Below, in pieces: positions 11,796 through 26,523 of a DNA stretch of 64,000 nucleotides; positions within the stretch are counted from its first letter, which is position 1, and the number at the start of each line of letters is the position of its first letter. The stretch comes from Octopus bimaculoides (lineage: Eukaryota): contig NC_068988.1 of the NCBI RefSeq assembly GCF_001194135.2, positions 82,551,927 to 82,615,926 of the forward strand. Direction: 5' to 3'. Both the position numbers and the translations under genes were made by a program. The notes under the pieces are model-generated. The model did not search any database and was not told the origin of the DNA. It saw nothing but the letters and a program-made list of their open reading frames with translations.

Positions 11796-13872
11796 AAACG
11801 TTTTTATACATTTCTGCTCTATATAATAAAACATTTATACATACATTATATATAATCTTCATCAATACACTGAATACTGAAGAGTTCCCTTGAATGGAAA
11901 TAATTTTATATACCTTAGAAGTACAAACTACAAGAATTTAGTAGATACTATGTGCTGTTTCAGACCAATGTATTGCATCACCTAATTTATATACCATGGC
12001 AGTATCAATAAAAAAAAATAGGTACTGCTTCTGCTGTTGTATGTTGCAGACCAATTATAGCATCCACAAAGGACCAAACAGATAATACAATGTGAACAGA
12101 CTGTAATTTTCAACTGCTTATTTGTGTTCATTCAAAACATATAATTACACCAATAAGTAAACTGGCAAACAATCAGTTAGCAGAGACACCTGAAGAACAT
12201 CCTAAACATCAAAGAAGAGAGAAAAACTTATGATGAAGTACTCTGCCATGTAAACCTACTACAAAAATCCTTCTTATGTACTCAGTTAGTGCACAAATGA
12301 TGTTTGTGTACCCAGTTTGTTCACAAATGTCACCTGAAGAACATTGATGCAGACATCAAGAACTTGCAATCAGAAAGTGCAGTGTTCTCTAAGAAAATCT
12401 GTACAACTCCTCAACAGCCACCTTTATGTTTATGAAAAAGAGAACAAGCTCAGTTCCATTTTCTACAAGTAAGACATGCATCATAATCTAATGAGTGACA
12501 ACTAATGGAGACTGTAGAGCACCTAGCTGTTCATATTTTGTCACCATTAAGGTATTATATCCATAGCTAAGACTTAATTTTCTAAACGCTCAGTCAACCT
12601 ATCTGTGAATAGGCACTGAAGAACAGGAACAATTTGCCATTATTATAAAGCATTTGCAGCATAAACAGATGCTTCATTAGCTTGCAGTCCCACATTCAAC
12701 TCATGTGGCATAGTCTGGAGAGAGAATACTACCAAACTGTTGAACCTTTGATACACAGTATAAAGACAAAATCTTTAGTGTGCTATTACAGTTTAATAGA
12801 TTATTAGATGCACTATATATTAGCTATTCTAAGAAGAAATTATGGTCATCATTATTTTAGGCTCTCCAAGACTGGAATTTAAGGACAACTAGATTAGATG
12901 TATGCTGGCAGTGCTCGGTTTGAAATGTTGTCAAAATGCAAATAAATTAAATCTAGCCAAATAATTTACAATACTAAATATGAGAAAGACAGATAGGCAA
13001 GGAGACAAGCTACTAACTGCAGACATTGCCAGGTTATTACAAAGTGCTTTAGTCTACAAGCAGAATTAATTTTTAGAATCTAATCTATAACTTCCTACAA
13101 AACAGGCCAAATTAACACTTTCTATTAAAGAAGCCAGGTTAACTAAGCACAACTTACCACACTACCAGTCCAGAATGATAAATCCATCATAAACTTCACC
13201 AGTGACTGTCAATCAGTGTTTCTAATTACCTATTAATTAGAGTCCATACAACTTTAGCTAAATAAACTTCCAAGAAGTGTACTTCACCCACGGCTATTAA
13301 AGTCACAGCTATCTGAGAAACAGCACTGTGTGTTTGCTGTATTAACAGAACTGCAAAATATAAACTTATTTCATATAAAGCACATTTCATATTAAAAACC
13401 AATTAATTGATGGAGTTTTCTTTCACTTATTTATTATCAATTGGTTTCTGTATTTCATTTCAATGCAGAATGTTTAAGGTATACAACATGGTAAACAGAT
13501 TTCACTCAGGGTGAGTGAGACTCATACTTTTAAGGAGATTTTGCTTGAATCTACCAAGAATACTCAGAGGAGAATGGTAGCACAGAGTAAATGATGACAG
13601 GCATGCAATAGGTGCCGAATGCATCATATTCTGAACCTTTATAGCATGATAAACACAGTCAACAACCTACTGTTTACATCTTTCAGTGCTTATTATTTTA
13701 AACAACTGCCACCTATATTTATTTTTAGTGAGCAGCTATGCCAGAAACTAATGACATCATATATCTTCCCATAATTCTAGAAGACCATATGGAGATGTCT
13801 CTTCTTTTTCTAAACCTTGCATTTTATAAATCTTTAATATCAAATCACTTTCAAACTTTTATACACCTTAAA

Positions 13873-13904
<32 letters not shown>

Positions 13905-14110
13905 NNNNNNNNNNNNNNNNNNNNNNNNNNNNNNNNNNNNNNNNNNNNNNNNNNNNNNNNNNNNNNNNNNNNNNNNNNNNNNNNNNNNNNNNNNNNNNNN
14001 NNNNNNNNNNNNNNNNNNNNNNNNNNNNNNNNNNNNNNNNNNNNNNNNNNNNNNNNNNNNNNNNNNNNNNNNNNNNNNNNNNNNNNNNNNNNNNNNNNNN
14101 NNNNNNNNNN

Positions 14111-14152
<42 letters not shown>

Positions 14153-17100
14153 ATGTATGTATGTATGTGTGTGGAAAAATAAGTATTGATTGGAAAAATA
14201 AGTATTGAAATTTGTCAATAACTGTTTAGATTTATGCATATATATTCAGTTGGTTATCGATCCAAAGCTAGTACTTGGCAAAAATAACAACTTACATCAT
14301 GAAATCGGCTACATGATTATAAATTTGTGAACAATTCAAGAAGAAAATCACATTTATCAATAGACCCTAACATCCAAACGTAATATTTTTTTTCTTCTTG
14401 CAACCAGCCAGACTGCATTAGCTCACAATACCTGTACATAGAACACAACTCTTGCTTGATATTTCTTTCACTTTTAGCAAGCAGATAAAGAGTTGGCAAG
14501 TATCCAAAGTGTAAAGCTACTTTATATAAAATAATACTTATCACAATACAAATTGATGCAACCAACGAAATTATATTCCAAGAAAATATTTTTTAGACTG
14601 TATGACACATATGTGAGAAGTGTGATGTCACATGTTTGTAAAACCAGAAATAATGAGTATGTCTTATTGGTTGCATGAATGGCTAAGCATAAGTCAGTTC
14701 AGAAAACAGACATTAAACACAATTCTTGTCTTCAGAAGAGATGGGTATATGTAATAAAACTGGGAGGAAAAATACTTGTAAACAAACAGTGAAGAGTAGA
14801 TGTAAAATAAAGTGCTGCATTTAGATCTGAGGAAAAGACCTCACAAAAGAGATGACAAAGGTTCATAGGAATGATAAAATTCTGTGCTGCAGGCCAATAT
14901 AAGTATGAAAACAGATAAAATTTTTAAAATAGAGAAACAAGAGTTATGAACATAAGATCATGGGTACCTAACATTGATTTCTGATTTTATCGCTCAGCAC
15001 TGTAGAATGGTGTGAACCTCAGCCCATCTTATTCTCCTCTCCACACCTAACTACTATTATGAAACAATAAATACAAGCATAAAACAAAATAAATTAACAC
15101 GTATTATGGCATGTTTAAAATTTCCCCTCAATCAGAAATTTAATTTCAAGAAGAAAAAAAAAATCAATCAAATCAAAACAGCAAATAGGCAGGAACTAAC
15201 TGTTGCACAGATAGTGCAGTCAGTGGATAGGTAATGTGTTGTTTAGTCTCATATTAACAGGAAATTAACAGATTAGAGCTAAACACCACAAACCACTTAG
15301 TTAATAATGCAGTATTAATAATAATGCAGTATTAATAATAACGCAGTGTCTGCAGCTGCATTCTATAACCAAGGTTCTGCAACATTGTCAATATATCCAC
15401 AAAGTGGTAATTAAAATTCACTAATAATGAAAATAACCAAAAGAACAGATAAGCAATTTTAATTAAATAAGTGTTATGATAGTCAACAACAATCAAATTA
15501 TACACAATTATGAAAACAGTCAATGGTGTCAGTGAAATATTCTAAGGGATTGTGTTATAAAAAAGGTTGTGGAACACAGTTTCAATATAGAGAGAGTGGT
15601 CAAAACATTTGCACAGCATAGGATTGGAACAAGAGTGACTAAAACACTTATTACATCACTTGTAAATTAACAAAGCACCCTAAGAAAAGTGGGTAGATAG
15701 GAATGGTGAGTCTACTGCATTTGAATAGGAAGTTTATATTGTTAGAGGTTATAAACTGTATAAACAAAAGAATAACAAAAATATGGAGCTGTGAGTGAAT
15801 ATGATATATCCATGATGTATTGATAGAGAATGGTAGTAAGAGGAATAAAGATAAGTTTAGAGTGGCTTCACAAATGATTCAGCATCGAAACACGAACAAA
15901 TACCACTACTACTGCTAGGGGAATTTGACTCATTTAACTCTTGTTAAGCCAATGGTTATTATTATTATTAGATATGTAAGGAAAGGGAGAAATGAAATAG
16001 ATAAATGTAGCTTTATCTATGTCATTATGAAGGATTTCAAAAGGTTCCACCACAACAAAATAGATAAATCTTCACTGATAGAAACATACATATATGCACA
16101 CAAATATACACATACATATATCTCAGACAAATCTGCATCTGAATTATTACCACTAAAGATATAAANNNNNNNNNNNNNNNNNNNNNNNNNNNNNNNNNNN
16201 NNNNNNNNNNNNNNNNNNNNNNNNNNNNNNNNNNNNNNNNNNNNNNNNNNNNNNNNNNNNNNNNNNNNNNNNNNNNNNNNNNNNNNNNNNNNNNNNNNNN
16301 NNNNNNNNNNNNNNNNNNNNNNNNNNNNNNNNNNNNNNNNNNNNNNNNNNNNNNNNNNNNNNNNNNNNNNNNNNNNNNNNNNNNNNNNNNNNNNNNNNNN
16401 NNNNNNNNNNNNNNNNNNNNNNNNNNNNNNNNNNNNNNNNNNNNNNNNNNNNNNNNNNNNNNNNNNNNNNNNNNNNNNNNNNNNNNNNNNNNNNNNNNNN
16501 NNNNNNNNNNNNNNNNNNNNNNNNNNNNNNNNNNNNNNNNNNNNNNNNNNNNNNNNNNNNNNNNNNNNNNNNNNNNNNNNNNNNNNNNNNNNNNNNNNNN
16601 NNNNNNNNNNNNNNNNNNNNNNNNNNNNNNNNNNNNNNNNNNNNNNNNNNNNATATATATATATATATATATAATGGCTATGGAGAAGGATATTTCGAGG
16701 GAATAAATGAAAAAGCAATATTAACTAACAAGAAAAGCTGAATAAAACACAGAATGATGATGTATGTTGGAAAGATGAAGACACTGCTACAGATAAGTAA
16801 TGTAAACGGATGCTAGAGACAGTGAAAAAAATACCTTGAGATACCAAGGATATCTATGATAGATCAACAAGGATATTAATGCTATGTAAACAAAAGTACT
16901 CAAGGAATGTGAACCAGGATATGCATAGTACATAAACCAGGATAGCTATGCTACAAAGGTACCTATGCCACATGAACATAGGTATTTATATGTTAACAAA
17001 GGTACTTAAGGTACATGAACAAGAAAGATGACTCAGGATGAAATTACAAAGGTCTGTTGTAAACCAATAATGTATTAATTGTATTGTAGGTATGTCTACT

Positions 17101-17769
17101 TTTTACTGATACTCAAAAATAAAAACACAAATTTACATTTAGTACATGTATATGCATGGATACACTCATTCACTGAGGGTTCCGCTAATAATTTAAGATT
17201 AGAAAACCAAGTTCCTCAGCAAGATAATCTGTTTTTAAGGGTATAATATTTAAAAGTTAAAGACTAAAGCACAATATTGATACTGGGTATTATAAACCTT
17301 AAAAAGTCTAATTTTGCTTGCTTATTTATTGGAAATGTTAAAGGAGATACACCTATAATGTTAGAATAGAGTGAATATTCTGATTAAATTTATAGAACAT
17401 TAACTATACAAATATTAGTTCTGAGCTGAATATATTTAGTAATGGTAAGAAACAAATATAATAATGTTTTCAAGTTTTGGCACAAGCCCAACAATTGTAG
17501 GAGTAATAGGCTAGACAACTATATCACCCACCCCACCTAACTGACCCTGAAAGGATGAAAAGTTAAGTCGACCTTGGTGGAATTTGAACTTAGGAAGATA
17601 GACAAAATGTCCAACATGCTAAATGAATGATGATCAAGAATAAGAGATGTAAAACGTATGTTAGGGTTTGGATAAACCACAGGAAATACAGAATGGTGAA
17701 ATTCAGCAAAGAACTAAATCAAATGGATATACAGTCTGTGATGGTTAAAGGTTAAAAGTAAATAAATAA

Positions 17770-17915
17770 GGCACAGGTATGTCTGTGAGGTTTGCTTTGC
17801 ACTTGCATGGTTTCAGGTTCAGTCCTACCTGGGGTAAGTGTATTCTACTATAGTCCCAAGCCAACCAATTGGTTGTGAATGAATTTGGTAAATAGAAACT
17901 GTATTTAAGTCATGC

Positions 17916-17960
<45 letters not shown>

Positions 17961-18260
17961 ATGTGTATGTTTATGGGTGTATGTGTGCATGTATTTTTTG
18001 TTTTTATTGTTTTAGTGGAAGTGTGTGCACATATGAGCACTTATTTGTGCTTGTCCTTCCTACTGTTTTGTTTAAGTCTGGTACTACATATTCTATCGGT
18101 CTCTTGTTATTAAACTGCCATAACTTTGCAGTTCAACGACAAGAAACCCATAGAGTAAGTAGTACCAGACTTAAATAAATACTAGAGTTGATCTGTTTGA
18201 CTAAACCCTTCAAGATGATGCTCAAATACAATCACAGCCCAATGACTGAAACAAGTAAAA
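17770..18260 (+). mobile_element. SINE copy, same family as 11450-11795, with expanded (TG)n
   Basis: Same head, core and tail motifs; (TG)n at about 17919-17958. Confidence 0.7.
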
Positions 18261-18859
18261 GAATTTTTTTAAATAACATAAAATGAGTTGGTATTACTTT
18301 GGTGGGTTTATGTTTTTCCCAAATTTCTTCACAAAATTTAGGAAGAGAATATTAGAAAACCAGTTGCTAAAATAAATTGTACATTTAAAATTGCTGTTAA
18401 TTATCTTTCACCATTCTGTAGAAACACCATATGCAACCATTTATGCTGTAAAAAGATAATCTAAAATAGAAAATGAAATTCAAAGAATGAGTCACAAGAA
18501 TATAACCTGAATGCTAATTGTAAAACCATTGTGAAAATGATCAATAAAGATTCTTCATTAGCCACATAGCCTAAAGTGAAATGAAAATTTTCATAGTGAA
18601 CAGTATTCAATGAGATATTTTACTTGAAACTTGTAAACATATCTGTAAATACCAACAGCAAGGTATCAGTGAATTTCCTGAAATTAGCTATATGAAGTCT
18701 TAGTAATATGATGACAGAGTGCATCTGTAGACAATGAAAGGTATGTTAAGAGCATATAGAAACCACATTATCGATCATCCATTAGATAGCTGTAAGAAAA
18801 TATAGCAGAGTGGAATGAAATGTTAAAACATTAAATGGTGTTTTGGGGGCTGGGGCTCT

Positions 18860-19190
18860 ATCTTTTACTTGTCTTTCATTGGACTACAGCCATACTAGGC
18901 ACCATCTTGACTGGTTTATTTGAACAAGTCATTCCTAGTCTCTTTTGTTGAATCACTAAGTTATGAAGATGTAAGCAAACCAACACCGATTATCAAGCAG
19001 GAAGTGGGGAGAGACAAAAACAAAAACATACACAAATATCTATACACATGACAGGCTTGCATGCAGTTTCCATCTATCAAATTCCCTCACATGACTAAAA
19101 CTACAGTAGAAGACACCGCATAGTGGGACTGAACACGAAACTGCATGGTTGCAAAGTGAGATTCTTAACCAAACAGCTATGCCTGCCACT
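18860..19190 (-). mobile_element. SINE copy, same family
   Basis: Reverse-complement motifs (tagtgggactgaac, cttaacca...gctatgcctg). Confidence 0.65.
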
Positions 19191-20604
19191 TATTTGTCTG
19201 AAAGAATAATATTTGGGCTTTTTTTCCTCCAACTGATCTATTTTTCTATGGTAACTAGGCAATTCTTACAAATTTGAACATTTGTCTGATAAAGTAATTA
19301 TTTTTACAGGTAAATAATTTTTCACTTAAAGTAGTTTCAACTTCACATTCAAGTGAAGATGCAGGTTTCACATTTGGTTAACAAATACAAAACACATTTG
19401 CCAACCAAACAGGCAACTATGTACCTTGTTCAAAGATGTAAAAGCAGCATTTACAGAAGAAATGAGACTTATTCCTTATATAAGTAAATAATGATTTCTT
19501 AAGTAAGCATAACACTTTAGTGTAATATAGAAAAAGGAATGTGAATCTGTGACCTTTATGCTGATCCATGTTACTAAAGACATGACTCAGAGAAGAAAAA
19601 GTAATGAAGTATTAACAATGTTCAATGTTTATTATATTCCATGGGATAACATTCAAAGAAATTTTTGTAATTTGTTGAAATTACTTGCACCTAAACTTAA
19701 TTAGAGATATACTAAGAATAAAGCAGTAAAGTTATATGCAGAAGCAAGTAGGTAAATTTATAAAGTGAGAAGGAAGACTAGAAAATTAACAAAGTCACAC
19801 AACCAATCAACATCTATAACCTAAGTAGTTCATACACAACACAATGTTCTACCTCCATTTTTCACTGTCATATTTTCTACCATCTTTCTCCCTGTTCATT
19901 GCTTGATGTTGCAGAACTATCCCCTTTGTGGCCTTCCTATATCTCTTTCACTGGAGTGTTTGACCATCTGTAGCCATATTCACTATAGGTGGGATGTCAT
20001 GTGACCAAACTATACAGTAGATATATCTGAAATTGTATAAATCATTATGGCACCAGCAGTGTATTGAGTACCTGGCTAGACACTGCACCATACCTGCAGC
20101 TACTTACTTGGCAGCAGAGCAAGATTAAAAAAAAAGAGAAACATCCAATAATTCAGTGATTTGACATGGGATGGAGTTTGATAGCTTACAACACCGAGAC
20201 AGAATTTTTTAGATGGAAATCAATGTCAGTGAAAATAAGAGCTTGAAAGTTAGGGGAAGAAATGGCCATTAAAGTTGTTTTAATCTAATATGCTGGTTGA
20301 AAGAGCTAAGGATGATAGCAGATGTGAAAGGGCAAGTGAGTTACATACAGAAGTAACCAATATAACTGTGACAATAATAATTTAAGAGAGAGAAGGGTGA
20401 CATTTACAGCTGATAAAGGTAAACAATAAAATAACATCAGTAATGACTTCACATTATTTCACTATATTGCTATAGAGTAGACAGCTATATTTAGTTTCTA
20501 AAGTAAATACCTCTCATAGAGTCCTTCTAAATGTCTAAACACTAATTAAATAACAATAAACACTATGAGTTTTCCTAGACAAATTGAATTTCCACAAGAA
20601 AGTA

Positions 20605-21847
20605 CAAGAGGTGGGGAGTCAAAAATTATCTACATTTTCACCAAAACTTTCTTTAGGTTGGCTATACTGCCTTCAACACTTCCAAGCTAAATGGAGATAT
20701 TCTTGTGGTTAAATAACCGAGGTCTGACCTTGATCGCTCCAGTTTGTTTTCTTGTGCTACAGAGTAAAAAGGCCACAGGAAGAACAGTGATTTTTCTGGG
20801 GATGAAACTCACTGCAGACTTTCAGTACCATATGGGGACAGCACTCTACCATGTAGAAGTGTGTATGCGTGGATCAAGAAATTTTTAAATGGCCCAGAGA
20901 AGTATGAAGCACAAAAAGGAAGCAAGACACCCACCAACTTCCACCACTGATGTGAAGATTCAACAAGCTCAAGAGATGGTTCTGGCAAAGTGACAAGTGA
21001 CCATCAATGATGGTGGCAAGTTTTCTGCAAATTAGTCATGGTTTTGCATACATTATCATCCACAACAAGCTTTGCTTCTGTAAAGTCTGTGCTAGATGGG
21101 TGCCAAAAGTGCTTACTGAAGTGCAGAAGTGCAAATCATGTGGAGATTTGTCAACGCTTACTTGACCGCTACAACAATGAAAGTGAAGCTTTTTCAAGGA
21201 TATAGTCACAGGAGATGAATCCTGGGTCCATTACTTTCAGTCAGAACCCACAATGCAAGGTATGAAGACGAAACACCTAAAATTGCCAGTGAAAAAGAAA
21301 TTCAAGACTCAACCTTCTGCAGAAAAAATGATGCTAACCATTTTGGGGATGCAAAAAGGGCCTATACTGGAACATTAACTGGAAAAGTGGTTTACAGTCA
21401 CCAATGTAGAATACAGAGAGACGCTGGCCAACAAACTGAAACCAGCAATTCACACCAAACACCAGTATTTATTGTCAAAGCAAATGTCATTGGTGTACAG
21501 TAATGTATACCCACATATAGTTGCCTACACCATTAAGACCATTGAAAAATTGGGTTTCAAATTACAGAGACAGGCTGCATACAGTGCAGATGTCGCTCCT
21601 TCCAATTATCACCTTTTTGGAGCACTTAAACATCCTGTACTACAGATGAAGAAACTCAGGAAGCAGTGCATAAATGGTTGCACAACCAGCTGAAAACCTT
21701 TTTCTTCAGTGGAATAAGCTTTTAGATTGCTAGAAGTGCATCGAAAAGCAAGGAGATTATGTCAAAAAAACGATGTAATTGTTCAAACCCTGCTTTTGTT
21801 TTAATAAATTATAGAAACAAGTGTGTATAACTTTTTATTTACTCTTA
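20605..21847 (+). mobile_element. Near full-length but decayed mariner transposon (third lineage; transposase pseudogene)
   Basis: About 1.25 kb between degenerate TIRs with TA at both ends. Contains WVPKVL, TGDESW (21208-21225) and a YSPDLAPSDYHLF-like motif (YSADVAPSNYHLF), with many stops and frameshifts. Confidence 0.88.
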
Positions 21848-23754
21848 TAGTTTAATAAACATCAGAAGAAAAAGAAGAAAATCTCAAAACAAAGCTTTTT
21901 TAATGCTTTTAATACCAACCCACCTGAGACAGCATTTGATTCTGTGATACAAACCTCCAGTTTGAAAGTGATCTAAATTAAAACCGTCCATCAAAATTTC
22001 ATGTTAATTTCATGTTCCAAACGCCAAGTTAACAATGACTTAAGATATTTTATTAAATTCTTAACTATTTTCAGAATGAATTGAAGCAAAGATAATGTAT
22101 TTTAACAGAAATTTAGTAACACCATACCTATATCAAAGTGCTATTACATTTAAGCACAAATGTTTGATCAGGACAGACTGCCTGATAACATGCTCGGAGA
22201 TATTAGACTCATTTTTAATGTGCATGGAGATATCAGCAATGAATAAAAATGTTAATTCTGCATCTGAGATCTAAGTGCATTGTTAAGAAAATTTTCAATA
22301 TTTAATCAGTTATCTCAGTAGAAAACTGACTGACTTTGTATCTGTTGTGATTTCCCTATGAATAGATGATGAGTAATGGATTGCATTCAGGTGGTTAGCT
22401 CATTATTTTGACATCAATAATTGAATAGGAAATCAATATTTGAAAAAAGCCTCATTATGACTGAAGAGAACAGCAATATTGTTATGTTGAAATTATGTTG
22501 CTACAAGACACTAAATTTAAGTGAATAATGCAGATTCTATATCAAACAGACACTGAAGAGGACACAATGAATTATAGAAATTTGGCACACATTAAAGCAG
22601 TGAATCAAAGCTCTTTTTTTTTTTAAAAAAAACAAAATGCCTGCCCTAACATTTGCTCAGAGAATTCAAATAATTGAAAACAATTGAGGATATTAATGAT
22701 ACAAAGCTGAAAAGATAGTAAAATGTGTATGTTTGATTAATACAAATTAAAGAAACAATATAGGTAGAAGACACTTGCCCAAAAGTCCTAAGAGTCATTG
22801 GAAGATTAAAAGAGTTAAAAGAGAATGGAATATGTGATATGTTTAATGCTTTTCATATCATATTTCAATTGAAATACACTGCCTTTGTTTCAATCAATTT
22901 TGAAAATAAGAATTTAGTAACATATCTTTAGTTATTATTACGCTGGTGTTTGGAATAAAATCAACATGAAATTTTAGTTCAGTTTAGAATAGGAAGCTTC
23001 TATCATACAACCAGTGTTGGGCAGTTTGATATCAAAAGATTTAAGGAATAATTATAGAAATAAGCATGGAAAAACTAACTAGAAAGATCACAAATCAAAA
23101 ACTATAAAAATAAACCTAAGTTGAGTAGTGAAGAAAGAATACTTCAATTGCAGGTGACAGAATTTGTCTGGTGGTATAAAAATAAAGATTATTCAAAAGC
23201 AGCATGAATTGTCAGAGAAAAAAAAAATTCCAAATCAGTAATTACACAAGTATGACAGAAGAATACAAGAGCTGTTTGAAATATCTAGTAGTGTAATTAA
23301 ATGCAAAGTGAAGTTTGAGGTCTACCACTGGTATGCAATGTTATTTGGTTTCAACTAAAAGAACTGTAAATTTTGCAATGCATTCCTGGTGTCCATAGAT
23401 ACAGTACCTAGCTCTGATATACGCAGTGCAGCAAATGGGAAATATATTTCCTTTGTGGATTGGATATTAATAGCGAAGATCCCAGTAGATCTGATATTTA
23501 TTTTGCAGCTGAGGAAGCTGATAATGAAAGTAGAATTGACATGAACAACACAACAATACAAAAATATGAACTTAAAATACATGTCTGTAACATCTTGAAC
23601 ATAGTTAAATTCACTGGAAACAAAATGAGTGCATTAGGTAATTGAATAGAAATTATGACAATGAAATGATAATAGAGGTAGTTGTTTCTTAGAATAACGA
23701 GATAGTTTAGTAACTAATATACCTCACGATTAATTATAAATCATGCATCAAAAT

Positions 23755-23821
<67 letters not shown>

Positions 23822-26133
23822 AGGCAACAGTGAGTGATCCAAACAAATTTGTGATTCAAAGTAAGTTTCCAGTAACTTATAAGTGGTGAAAGATTAACAT
23901 AATATTCGCAGTGAATAAAAATGTTTCAGTAACAATATCAATTAAATAGATTCAATTTATACAAACATAAGCTAATTAAACCATTTTAATACGAGAATAT
24001 TTATAGCAAACAAAACCTTTAGTTTTCAAACATTCTTCAAGTATCAAGTTATTTAGAAATATCAAATATTTGCAAATTATTTATAAAGTGATCATCAAAA
24101 TATAATTAAATTAAACTAATATAACTTCTAACTCAATACTTAAACAATGAAGTTTATATTCTATTCTACTCTTTAATTTAATAAACTGATTTCTTTTAAC
24201 TAGGCACAACCAACCTGTCAACCAAAAAAACATGGTAAACTGATTCAACTCAAGTATATTTCTGTTACTTCTTCCATTGACACAGATGAAAGAGATTTCA
24301 TTTATAACTGGAAAGCTTTAAAAAACTGTTCGACCAACACTAACAAATTTATAAACTCTTAACTGATATATTATGAATAACCTTTATAATACTAAATTAC
24401 TAAAATCCCTTCACAGGCAAATATTTTTTTCTCATTCATAAGAGATTCAAGATGGCATATATGTGAGGAATAGCTTACATGTGCAGGCATGGCTGTGTGG
24501 TTGCGTGGTTTCAAGTCCAGTCGCACAGTACAGCATCTTGGGCTAGTGTCTTCTACTATAACCAAGGTCAGTCAAAGTCTTGTGGTGGTATTGTCAGTTC
24601 TTTAGTTAACAAATCATTCACCTACTTCCCTCCTTCAAAGTTGTATGGAATAAAAAATTTACTTGGAAAACAGGTAAAGGTTAAGGCAATAAGAGCAACC
24701 AGCTGTAAAACAATGTCACAAAGACATATTCATCTAACCCATGCTATCATGGAATAATAGACATAAAACAAGTGAATGAATATCTACAACAAATAATTGT
24801 GTACATTTTTTAACTCTTTAACTTTGATAGTTTGTGAATAAAGGAATTTAAGGAGTATTTCCAGAAGTCAGGTCTTTGTCCAAGACTAAAATCATTTAAT
24901 AACACTGTATTCATTCCTGTTTATGTTTCAGTTTTCTAAAGGTCTTTACTGAGTCTTGCAACCAGACTAAACAAAACTTGGGTCTCTGGTCAAAACACTG
25001 ATTTTGTTTGGTAGGAATGTGACAGGTTTTAAATCAAGTCAACATATGACATTTTGGAGATTCAAATGAGAAAAACAATGTTAGTTAAACTATGCAAAAA
25101 ACAAACCAATTTGTGGGAAATTTATTCTACATGATAAGTTGTCAAAAGTGGTGATTCCAACAGTTTGGTCAGAGTTGAGAATTACAGTTTTGACAGCTAT
25201 AGCAGATGTTGTACTGTTAGCTGGATAAGTGCAGTTTGAAAACAAGAACAAGCACTGCACAAACATTGAACCACTTATTGATAGCTACACTATTTACCGA
25301 ATCATTATATCATTGTCCAAGGATTGATTCAAAACCTCAATTCTTCTTCCACTGTTCTTTAACACTTTCCAGTGTCTAAGACAGGAAAATATGACATATA
25401 TGAACTTTATTTGCTCCAGTTGTAAACTTATAACTCCCACTTATGTTTTGCCTAAAAGGAAATATTAAGACCCACCAGTATTTGAATAAATATAATCATT
25501 GAGATTTATTTACTACAGCTTGATCAATTGCTTTCACTTTCATAAAACAATCATTTTAATTTCAACTTTTCTATACTTGCACGAGTCAGATGGATTTCAA
25601 AGAAGCAAATTTTTCGACAGTTGAATGACCTTCCTGTCACCAATCCTGACCTGTTTCCAAGTTGAACTGGACAGGTTTTCAAAGAAGACTAGAAGCAAAT
25701 GTGACACCACTTGTATGACGGTGATGCTCATTTACATCTTTTAAGTCATGTCAAGAAAAAGAGACACACATACACACCAATAGACTTCTTTCAGTTCCTG
25801 TCTACGAAATCCATTCACAAGGTTTTTGGCTGGCCCAGAGCTATAGAAAACGCTGGACTGAACTTAAAACCATGAGGCTGAGAAACAAACTTCTAAACCA
25901 CACAGCTATGCTTGCATTTCATAGCCATATATACATGTGCATATATATTTTTGTGTTTATTTCACACACACACGTGTGTGTAGTAGTAGTAGTAGTAAAA
26001 GACACTTGCTCAAGGTGCCACTCAATGGGACTGAACCCAAAACCACATAGTTGCAAAGTAAGCTTCTTAATCACACACCCATGTCTGCACTTACACCATT
26101 TTATATCCTAATTAAAAGAAATCCAAACACACA

Positions 26134-26176
<43 letters not shown>

Positions 26177-26523
26177 CATGCGTGTGTGTGCTGAGAGAAA
26201 GAGTAATTTATACTCAAAAGATGGAGTATGGTGGAGGGAAAAAAATCTGCAAGCTCCACTTTCTGCTGCAGGTATTTTTTGTTTTTCTTTTGTCTGGCGC
26301 ACTTGAATTTTACAGAGACTGACATTTAAAAGTATTAGCAGTCAAGAAATGATAGACAAGTGTAGAGATACTTTATCCACCTTCCAGAACATTCTGCAAA
26401 ACCTGCTTATAATCAAATATGTATTAAAATTATAAACTACCTAAATTCCCATATAACTTCATTGTATGACAACCTCACATCACAAATATGACAGACTGTT
26501 CTCAAAATATGTTTGTTTTTCAT

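Noticed and set aside
13158-13190. Short ORF MMDLSFWTGSV ending at a strong GTAAGT donor
   Set aside because: Phase 0, incompatible with the phase-2 set; too short to distinguish from chance.
14317-14565. 82-aa minus-strand ORF as a standalone gene
   Set aside because: Non-ATG start, no homology recognised, and it stops before the nearby donor.
23407-23516. Possible internal exon (acceptor ttcattatcag|C, FLSCKINIRSTG...ISEL, donor G|GTACTG)
   Set aside because: Weak donor, phase 2 in and phase 1 out with no partner exon seen, no recognisable domain; may be an old TE remnant. Cannot be fully excluded without RNA data.
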